Positions 1-8,582 of a stretch of DNA of 28,242 bases are shown in pieces (the first letter of the stretch is position 1; the number at the start of each line of letters is the position of its first letter). The DNA comes from Thraustochytrium aureum (lineage: Eukaryota), in assembly GCA_012862495.1 (NCBI GenBank), contig BLSG01000391.1, positions 417,760-446,001 of the forward strand, given 5' to 3'. The notes below the pieces were generated by a model. That model was not told the DNA's origin and searched no databases. It saw nothing but the letters and a program-made list of their open reading frames with translations. The position numbers and the translations under genes are program-made.

Positions 1-1343
1 GTCGGACACGGGCCGCAGGGAGTGGAAGAAGTGGATCAACTCTGATCCTGGGCAGAATGATCCCCGTGTAAACCTGCCCTGGTCACCGCTCAGCAAGGTT
101 CTCTTCTTCCCCAGCATTGCAGCTGTGGAGGCGGCGTTCCCCGAGGGCGTCCCGCGCGACTTTGTGCACCACCGCGAGCGCGTCGAGCTGACGCCGCAAG
201 TTGTGTCAGCCCCAGTGCTCAGCTTTCCAAGCTGCAAGGACAATGAAAACTACCGGGTAAGTTCTTTCGCCGGTGATGGCAGTGCAGGGTGCCCGCTCGT
301 GAGGGGCGGACGCGCGATGTGGCGGGCTGCGCTCGGCTGAGCGGGGACCGCCCCTGGCCGTCTGCTGCCCACCATTTCTCGCAGACCCTTTTCGACAGCA
401 GGCTGACACAAAGGTATTCNNNNNNNNNNNNNNNNNNNNNNNNNNNNNNNNNNNNNNNNNNNNNNNNNNNNNNNNNNNNNNNNNNNNNNNNNNNNNNNNN
501 NNNNNNNNNNNNNNNNNNNNNNNNNNNNNNNNNNNNNNNNNNNNNNNNNNNNNNNNNNNNNNNNNNNNNNNNNNNNNNNNNNNNNNNNNNNNNNNNNNNN
601 NNNNNNNNNNNNNNNNNNNNNNNNNNNNNNNNNNNNNNNNNNNNNNNNNNNNNNNNNNNNNNNNNNNNNNNNNNNNNNNCGCGCCGCCTGACGCGACTTT
701 TGCGTCCGCCGCGCAGCTCGGGCCGTTCAAGTATGTCTCGCTTCACGTGCGGCGCAACGACCTGCAGTACAAGGAGGTTTTCATTCCCGCCGAAAAGTCC
801 CTCGAAAATGTCAGGGCGCTGCTGCGGCCGGGCGAGACGATCTACATTGCCACAGACGAATCCGATCCGCACACGTTCTTCCGCGCGTTCAAGGACGCCG
901 GTTATCGTGTAGTGTTTTGGCAGGACATCCTTGACGCGGGCGTCTTTGACGGCGTTACGTTGAACAAGAAGCACGAGGGCGTCATCGAGCAGGTAAGTGA
1001 GCGAGCGGAGGACCGAGCGCGCCACAGCATGCGGCTTGCTGACTAGCCAGCGAGCGGCGCGCAGATCGTCTGCGCCTTCGGCCGCTTCTTCGCCGGCACC
1101 GTCGAGTCGACCTTTTCTTCCTACATCTTCCGGTTGCGTGGCTACTACGGCACGCAGGAGGGGGACCGCCGCACCCCAGAGGACTTTGACACGATGGTGC
1201 GGTTTCACAACGTCCTTTACAAGGGCAAGCGGCGCTCGGACCTGGCTGCCACGCTGCGCCTCAAGCCAAACAAAGGCACGATCTACAAGTCGGAAAACCC
1301 CGCCATCTGGACTGACGCGGTCGCCCCGCACACCACGTGGTGA
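1..1343 (+). CDS. GDP-fucose protein O-fucosyltransferase family (O-FucT/POFUT2-like GT-B) protein; 5'-partial, spliced, interrupted by gap 420-679
   Basis: Spliced translation ...KYVSLHVRRNDLQYKEV...ETIYIATDESD...EGVIEQ|IVCAFGRFFAGTVESTFSSYIFRLRGYY...HTTW* contains the family motifs HxRRxD, IYIATDE and EQxxCxxxxxFxGTxxSTFS. An upstream open frame 2-256 ends at a GTAAGT donor at 257. Confidence 0.85.
993..1064 (+). other. Spliceosomal intron (72 nt) in the O-fucosyltransferase gene
   Basis: GTAAGT donor at 993, GCTGAC branch at 1038-1043, CAG acceptor ending 1064. Removal joins VIEQ to IVCA in frame and rebuilds the conserved motif. Confidence 0.9.
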
Positions 1344-1388
1344 ATGCCAGCGCGACCTCGCACCTATGGGCACCGAGCACCTACATAC

Positions 1389-1720
1389 TTACCCAACAGG
1401 CAAGCGCACAATTTTCTTCCCACAAGAGCAAAGCACGCCGCGGGTGGCCGCGGTTCGACGCGCGCCAGATCGTGGCCGCCGTGCTGCCGCAACACGAGCC
1501 CCTCTTGGATCAGCACGAGCGCCTCCGGCACACGCGCTGTCGACCGCGCTCTGGCAGTGGCGACCAGCCAGCAGCGCGGCGATCTTGCTTTTGAGGCCGT
1601 GAAACCCGACCGACTTGTCCATGGAGTTGTGGATCACCTCCAGGTCTTTGTTGCTGTGGCGCTCGGCCTTGCGCAAGTCCACGTCCACGAGGCTTTGCAC
1701 GATCGATCCTTCACTTGAAC
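1389..1720 (-). pseudogene. Probable decayed fragment of a protist TPR/'kinesin light chain-like' family gene
   Basis: Reads SIVQSLVDVDLRKAERHSNKDLEVIHNSMDKSVGFHGLKSKIAAL, then after a frame change near 1570 WLVATARA...EALVLIQEGLVLRQHG. This resembles the recalled pattern DxxxI...SVGF..L...+...L(RE)WL..TA found before TPR arrays in protist proteins. No ATG or credible upstream exon. Confidence 0.4.
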
Positions 1721-2472
1721 GAACGCGAGACGGTGCCGGGAGTTCAGCTTGGCCGCGCCGTAGATCTGCCGCTCATCTGATGATGAAGATGATCGATCGG
1801 GTCACGACTCGCGGATCGAAGTACTTGTACTCGAGTACAGTACTTCGTTGGCTTCAAGTTCGTCGCCTTCATGCTCGTTGTCCTTTCCACCAAGGGGGAT
1901 TCTCCTTGTTTCCAGCTTGCGTCAGTTCGCACAACTACCACTCGTCATGCTGCTACTACTCTCAGGCTACCTACCGCCCGGCACGGGTTTTGGAGAGCCC
2001 GTGGAGGGCTTTGGAGCCGAAACTGTGCGCGCTCTGTGCCATTGCAGGGCCTGCGAGTGGCGCGTGTGGCTCGCGCGCCAAATCTTCGCCCGCCATCGTT
2101 TGGTGAAAACAGCACGTGTGCAGAAGCAGAGCTCGCAAGGGTGGAGGGGTTTGATTCGACGGCCTTCGCAGCGAGGGACTCGAGGCAGGATCCGATTCTT
2201 TCAGACGCAAGCCGCGGTTGGAAAGCCAGCATGCGCTTCTTGAAATCAAAAGCGTTGTTTTGTGGCCGTGAATCGTCGCGAGAATGGAAAAACTTCGTAC
2301 AAACTGCAGGCCTGTCTGCAAAGGCCAAGTAGGTACTCGAGTAGTGTATTGAGTACCCCTCTAAGTACCTGATGGGTGTACAACTCCGAGTCATTCAGAG
2401 TCCAACAGTGCACGTCGGAGGTGGTGAGCGGGGGCGTAGACTTTGTGAGAGGCTGAGGACAACAAAAGCCAC

Positions 2473-2520
2473 AAGAACGCGACCTCGAAGAACGCGACCT
2501 CGAAGAACGCGACCTCGAAG
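2473..2520 (+). repeat. 15-bp tandem repeat AAGAACGCGACCTCG x3.2
   Basis: Exact copies at 2473, 2488 and 2503, plus a partial copy. Confidence 0.95.
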
Positions 2521-2633
2521 TAATCCGCCTCCGTGTGCACGGTCGTGCTGGCTATCGCTCGTACCGGTAGTACACCGTTTTGCTTGTCATGCTGGCGGAA
2601 GATCATGCCTAGGGCGAAAGGTGAGCTGTCCAA

Positions 2634-2711
2634 GCAGACCCGCATCACAGGCAGACCCGCATCACAGGCAGACCCGCATCACAGGCAGACCCGCATCACA
2701 GGCAGACCCGC
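2634..2711 (+). repeat. 17-bp tandem repeat GCAGACCCGCATCACAG x4.6
   Basis: Exact copies at 2634, 2651, 2668 and 2685, plus a partial at 2702. Ends about 50 bp before the ATG at 2760. Confidence 0.95.
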
Positions 2712-2759
2712 CCGCAACCCAGAAAACAACCGGACAGAACACAGCCACCCCACAGCACA

Positions 2760-3294
2760 ATGAAGGTCGCTGCTGCCATGCTCGCCTGCACCGCGCTCGT
2801 CGCCGTTGCCTATGGCGAGGACGAGTGCATTGACGGCAAGGCCTTCAACGACTGTGTTAAGTCGTTTGAAGACCTGCCCGCAGGGACACCGTTTTGTGNN
2901 NNNNNNNNNNNNNNNNNNNNNNNNNNNNNNNNNNNNNNNNNNNNNNNNNNNNNNNNNNNNNNNNNNNNNNNNNNNNNNNNNNNNNNNNNNNNNNNNNNNN
3001 NNNNNNNNNNNNNNNNNNNNNNNNNNNNNNNNNNNNNNNNNNNNNNNNNNNNNNNNNNNNNNNNNNNNNTTGACACGGTTCGCGACAGCCGTTCAAATCA
3101 GCTGCGCGAGGACGGCCAAGTGCAACGACGCCTCAGTGGCAATTGTCACTGGTGCGTGCGAATTGTTCCAGTCCAATGAGTGTCCTCTCGACTGCAGTGC
3201 GGAGGCAGTTGTGGGGGAGAACGCTGGGGCTTCAACGATGGCCTCGGCACTCTTGGCGGGGGCGGCTGCGTACTTTGCGGCTGCCCGCAACTGA
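2760..3294 (+). CDS. Small Cys-rich secreted protein, probably GPI-anchored (gap 2899-3069 inside)
   Basis: Signal-peptide-like MKVAAAMLACTALVAVAYG, then three Cys before the gap and five after it (CARTAKC...CELFQSNECPLDC). C-terminus ENAGASTMASALLAGAAAYFAAARN* has small residues followed by a hydrophobic tail. The two halves are in different frames across the gap (intron or imprecise gap length). Confidence 0.7.
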
Positions 3295-3520
3295 AACCGA
3301 GCAGAGCTTGCCGACCCATGGCCGTCCTCTGTGACTCAACCTCACACGTCTGTCAATTAGGTACATACTATTCTCACAACAGCAGCTCGCCCACCGCCTC
3401 CTCATCACCTCGACCCGCTGGCGCCCCACCAGCGTGCTCAGCCCGGCCCAGCAACTACTGGGCTGAAGGGCATCTCGCACAACCGCCACGCGGCGACCCA
3501 GCCCGCGCCCGGCATTGCTG

Positions 3521-4694
3521 CTACGGCGAAGCGGCACCCGCCAGCAGCCGGTCGTAGGCCTGCCGAATGCGGCGAAACCTCTCGTTGTTCTCGCGAAACT
3601 GGTCCGCCTCCAAGAAGGCCTTGTCCGGATGGTACTTGTGCGCCTCGCGCCGAAAGGCCGCGACGACCTCGGCCCTCCGCAACACGCGCCCCGAGGCGGA
3701 CCCCAACCCAAGAAGCGCGAGGTCATCCCAATGCCGCCAGTCCCCAGAACCAGAAGAGGCAACACGGTTTGGTGCCGCGTCCCGGTCCTTCGCTCGCTGT
3801 GCGCGCCGCCCTGCGTCGTCGCGGTCGCGCCGTTGTTGGCGGCGAGAAGGCTCGCCGGGGCGAAACAAGCGGTCAAACTCGTCCGCCCAAAAGTCTTCCT
3901 CGGGCACCCGGGCGTTCCTGCCGAGCTCAAGCCGCCCAAGGGCCGCAGCATTCTCGATCCGCCAGCGCGGGTGGTGCACATGGGCGAAGACACGGCCATC
4001 GAAGCCGTTGACGAGCCCCGTGATGGGCCACCCCGCCACTGTGTACGAGCATTCGAAGGCCGGCAAGTATACGAGACCGCGCAAGCAGGCGCCATCGAGC
4101 TTGCACCAGAGCTCCTCGATTCGGACTCTGTCTGGCCTCCTGTCGTGCTGCGACGGCCGCACGAACGAGCCGTCGTCTAACACGCTGCGAAACGCGCCGT
4201 CCGGACGCCCGCCAAGGTACGCCGAGGCCTGCTCCACGCAAAGTTGGTCCATCTTGCGCCGAAGCACGTGGTGGAATAGGAAGCTCGTCTTGGCCGCGAA
4301 GGGCTCCACCTCGCAGCCGGGCGGCACGGGCATGCGGTCCAGCAACCGAGCCCTGCGCACCTCAAAGGGTTTTAGGCAGCTCTCGATGTGGCTCCGGTCC
4401 ACGCCCTGGAGCGCCCCGAGGCCGCCCCAGACCATGCCGTCGAGCGTGTCCAGCGGCTCGGCAGCAGGTTGCACGTCCTCTTGCCGATACCAGTCTGTTC
4501 GCGTCAGCTGCACCCCGTTGCACTCGTACAGCGCATCGAACGCGATGCACCCGGTGAACTTGATCTCCACGACGCCCCGGAACAGCACAAACGGCACGAG
4601 CTTGGGCAGGACGTGCTGCACCTCGACGTGGACGCCGCCCACGTTGAGCCTGCGCAGCACCTGCTCGAGCTTGCCTCGCGCCTCCTCGGCGCCC
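3521..4694 (-). CDS. Type III J-domain (DnaJ) protein with C-terminal J domain; 5' end in gap
   Basis: Open frame of about 390 codons ending DDLALLGL...AEVVAAFRREAHKYHPDK...ERFRRIRQAYDRL...SP*, a J domain with the HPD motif. Confidence 0.85.
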
Positions 4695-5429
4695 NNNNNN
4701 NNNNNNNNNNNNNNNNNNNNNNNNNNNNNNNNNNNNNNNNNNNNNNNNNNNNNNNNNNNNNNNNNNNNNNNNNNNNNNNNNNNNNNNNNNNNNNNNNNNN
4801 NNNNNNNNNNNNNNNNNNNNNNNNNNNNNNNNNNNNNNNNNNNNNNNNNNNNNNNNNNNNNNNNNNNNNNNNNNNNNNNNNNNNNNNNNNNNNNNNNNNN
4901 NNNNNNNNNNNNNNNNNNNNNNNNNNNNNNNNNNNNNNNNNNNNNNNNNNNNNNNNNNNNNNNNNNNNNNNNNNNNNNNNNNNNNNNNNNNNNNNNNNNN
5001 NNNNNNNNNNNNNNNNNNNNNNNNNNNNNNNNNNNNNNNNNNNNNNNNNNNNNNNNNNNNNNNNNNNNNNNNNNNNNNNNNNNNNNNNNNNNNNNNNNNN
5101 NNNNNNNNNNNNNNNNNNNNNNNNNNNNNNNNNNNNNNNNNNNNNNNNNNNNNNNNNNNNNNNNNNNNNNNNNNNNNNNNNNNNNNNNNNNNNNNNNNNN
5201 NNNNNNNNNNNNNNNNNNNNNNNNNNNNNNNNNNNNNNNNNNNNNNNNNNNNNNNNNNNNNNNNNNNNNNNNNNNNNNNNNNNNNNNNNNNNNNNNNNNN
5301 NNNNNNNNNNNNNNNNNNNNNNNNNNNNNNNNNNNNNNNNNNNNNNNNNNNNNNNNNNNNNNNNNNNNNNNNNNNNNNNNNNNNNNNNNNNNNNNNNNNN
5401 NNNNNNNNNNNNNNNNNNNNNNNNNNNNN

Positions 5430-5875
5430 TCGAGTCGGCAGAGTTTCGCGCGGCGCTCGGGAAGCGCCTGGCGAACGGGCTAGGGAGCCACGAGGAGGTC
5501 GCCGTGCTCGTGGTGGCTGCGACGGGGCTCGCCGAGCAAGCTGCCGCGCGCGAGCCGCATGTCGAGCAAGCTGGAAACGCCGCGCGCGACGCGCGGGCCG
5601 CCGTCGCGGCGGATTGGGCCGTTCGCGCGCTTCTGGGCGCGCGACATGGCCAGGTTTGGGCCGTCAACATGGATCTCTTGCTTGGCTTGTGCATGGTCAG
5701 CCCTGTGTTTGCGGGGGGCATGCTCTCGCACGAGCTTGTGCGCGCCGACCGCGCTGCGCGCGCCGCCGGCGTGGCGGTGGACGCGCGCGTCGTGGCCGCA
5801 ATGTGCGGCGCTGCGCCGTGGCTGCGCAGCTTTTGTCTAGCGGCCATCGGGGGACTCTGCGAGTCCAGCGGCTAA
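5430..5875 (+). CDS. Hypothetical protein, 3' portion (start in gap)
   Basis: Open Ala/Leu-rich helical-looking frame ESAEFRAALGKRLANGLG...DWAVRALLG...WLRSFCLAAIGGLCESSG* with GC-ending codons. No recognised motif. Confidence 0.5.
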
Positions 5876-6032
5876 GCGTGTTCTTGGGGAGCTCGAGCGC
5901 AAGGGCTTGTGCGCGGGTTGAGCGGACCGCACGCAGATCTTGCGCGCCTCTGGCAGGCCGGGACGGCCCGTGCCGCACCCCCTGGAGGCTGAAACCAACT
6001 TGTATGCATTCAAGCTAGAGTATGTGACGTCG

Positions 6033-6107
6033 CGCTATCCTTGCTTACACATCAGACGCCCGCTATCCTTGCTTACACATCAGACGCCTGCCTGCCTGCC
6101 TGCCTGC
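6033..6107 (+). repeat. 28-bp perfect tandem duplication followed by (GCCT)n microsatellite
   Basis: CGCTATCCTTGCTTACACATCAGACGCC at 6033-6060 and 6061-6088, then TGCCTGCCTGCCTGCCTGC. Confidence 0.95.
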
Positions 6108-6123
6108 AGACGCAAGCCAAGCG

Positions 6124-7448
6124 CTACAGCGGCTCAAAAGAAGCCTGGCCCGGCATCTCGCGGCGGACGGGCTTGGCATCTGGCTCCGCGGTCCCTCCGA
6201 GCGAAACAGCGAGAAAGCCCGCAGTGACCAGGACCGCGCCGGAAAGCGTGAGCAGCGGCGGGAGGGCCTGCTTGAGGAGAATGTCGACGACTGTTGCGAC
6301 GGGTATGGTCATGGACAGCCCGACGCTCGTGATCGTCGGCGAGGTCATGAGCACGGCGCGCGCGAAGAGGTAGTCGGAGACCACGTTGTTGAAGAACCCG
6401 TTGAATAGGATCCAGCAGAGCAAGCCCACGGTCAGGGTGGAGAGTGACTCGGCGCTGGTGAAGTGCAGCACGGCGACGACGGGGGCGAGGCAGATGCAGT
6501 TCACGAGGCCGATGCAGCCAAAAGCACGGCCATGTCCACCTTGGCGTCACCGCCGGGGAAGAGCTTGTCAATCAGGAGCGTGTAGCAGGCATAGAAGAAG
6601 GAGCCCAAAAGGGTCGCTGCATCGCCACCGAGCGTCGCGCTGGACGTGGCAGCGTTGGCCGAGGCCGACCCGTTGTCTGCGAGGCCGACCATGGCCGTGC
6701 CCCACAAGCAAGCGGCGACGCCCAGCGTTTTGCTAAAGGTGACTCGCTCGAGGCCGAGCCACGAGCCAAGCGCGAGCCTGCGCGCCGCCCAAAGGCCCCC
6801 CAAAGCCGTCAGCGAGCCCCTCCACGCAAGAAACCCCCACCCGCAAAGCGAAGCACCAATCAAGGCCAGGCGGTACCCGCCAACTCACGTAAACACCGCC
6901 GAGGTCCCGCTGAGGATCGTGCTCGAGGTCACACTCGTAAAGTGCAGCCCGAGGTTGTAGAAGAAGTTGGCCATAAACCAGAACGGACAGATCATGCACG
7001 CGCCGCGAAAGGTGTAGCGCAACGAGTAGACGCTCGGGTCGCCGCCCCCTGCGGCGATCGCCGCGTCGTTCGCGCGAATGCGGCCAAGCCCCCCCGAGAA
7101 CTGTGCCAGGGGCAGCAGCAGAGCAAACATGCCGGTCGAGGCATAAGTCAGGAAAAACGGCGCGTAAATCTTGCCCTCAATGTTCTGGATTAGGAAGCTC
7201 GCGGCGACCCAGATCACCACGATGATGCCAATAAAGACAAACCCGAGCGCGGCGTTTTTGGGCGCAGCGCCCTTGTCGCTGCCATCCACCTGGCCGGCCT
7301 GCTCGAGGAAGTCGTCGTCCTCAACGTCGCGTTGCTCGAGCTGCTCGCTGCCCTCTTCGTCGCTGCCTTCGTTGCTGTTGGCGAACAGGTTGCGCCGCGC
7401 TTGGGCGTCGAGCGAGTCGTCGTCGCCGAGCTCGAGCGGCAGCTGGCC
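6124..7448 (-). CDS. SLC35F5: DMT/EamA superfamily transporter, SLC35F5/THI74-like; 5' end in gap, one intron, apparent 1-nt frameshift at 6520-6523
   Basis: Motifs VVIWVAASFLIQ, PFFLTY, CPFWFMANFFYNLGLHFTSVTSSTILSGTSAVFT|LALG, GDAATLLGSFFYACYTLL and SDYLFARAVLMTSPTITSVGLSMTIP match SLC35F5-type proteins. Many hydrophobic segments. Confidence 0.88.
6778..6888 (-). other. Spliceosomal intron (111 nt) in the SLC35F5-like gene
   Basis: Minus-strand GTGAGT donor at 6888, GCTGAC branch (6813-6808), CAG acceptor ending 6778. Joins VFT to LALG in frame. Confidence 0.88.
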
Positions 7449-7971
7449 NNNNNNNNNNNNNNNNNNNNNNNNNNNNNNNNNNNNNNNNNNNNNNNNNNNN
7501 NNNNNNNNNNNNNNNNNNNNNNNNNNNNNNNNNNNNNNNNNNNNNNNNNNNNNNNNNNNNNNNNNNNNNNNNNNNNNNNNNNNNNNNNNNNNNNNNNNNN
7601 NNNNNNNNNNNNNNNNNNNNNNNNNNNNNNNNNNNNNNNNNNNNNNNNNNNNNNNNNNNNNNNNNNNNNNNNNNNNNNNNNNNNNNNNNNNNNNNNNNNN
7701 NNNNNNNNNNNNNNNNNNNNNNNNNNNNNNNNNNNNNNNNNNNNNNNNNNNNNNNNNNNNNNNNNNNNNNNNNNNNNNNNNNNNNNNNNNNNNNNNNNNN
7801 NNNNNNNNNNNNNNNNNNNNNNNNNNNNNNNNNNNNNNNNNNNNNNNNNNNNNNNNNNNNNNNNNNNNNNNNNNNNNNNNNNNNNNNNNNNNNNNNNNNN
7901 NNNNNNNNNNNNNNNNNNNNNNNNNNNNNNNNNNNNNNNNNNNNNNNNNNNNNNNNNNNNNNNNNNNNNNN

Positions 7972-8582
7972 CCGGTGCGCTGGGCAGCCGCGTTGTGAGC
8001 GGGTTTAAGGCGGCCTCGTGGCATGTGGCCAACTTGGACTTGCGCGAGTCGGCGCACGCGGACGCAAACCTGCTGTCGCCCGACTCGGAGATGATGCTGC
8101 GGCAGGCGCGGACCTGGCTGGACGGCGGCAAGCTGGACGCCGTCGTTCACGTTGCCGGTGGCTTTTCGATGGGGGGTTTTGCTGACGGCGCAGAGGTCGT
8201 GGAGCGCATGTTTCGCATGAACGCGATGTCTGCCTTCAGCGCGGGGTTTTTGGCCACGCACTTGCTGGCCGACCCGGGCTTGCTGGTGCTGACCGGCGCG
8301 CTGGCGGCGTACGAGGGGCGCACGGGGTTTGCGGTCGGGTATGGCATGAGCAAGGCTGCCACGCACCACCTCGCGCTGGATTTCAATGCGGAGAACGCCT
8401 CGACGGGGCGCAAGGTCGCCTGCGTGCTTCCGTCCACGATCGACACGCCCGCGAACCGCGAGGCGATGCCGGACGCGGACTTTTCGGCTTGGACGGACCC
8501 GGATGTGATTGCGCGGGAGGTCGTGCGGTGGAGCGAGGCCCCGGCCGAGCTCTCGCGCGAGAACATTTTCGTCCGCCTGTGA
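7972..8582 (+). CDS. QDPR: Dihydropteridine reductase (SDR family); first few codons in gap
   Basis: GALGS Rossmann motif, DAVVHVAGGF, LLVLTGA, catalytic YGMSKAATHHL, and LPSTIDTPANREAMPDADFSAWT characteristic of DHPR. Confidence 0.93.

Noticed and set aside
2473..2711. Short direct repeats as a CRISPR-like array
   Set aside because: Units are head-to-tail with no spacers, there are no cas genes, and the context is eukaryotic.
1..3294. O-fucosyltransferase and neighbouring Cys-rich protein as an enzyme-substrate pair
   Set aside because: No EGF or TSR fucosylation consensus is visible in the Cys-rich protein, and adjacency alone is not evidence in a eukaryotic genome.
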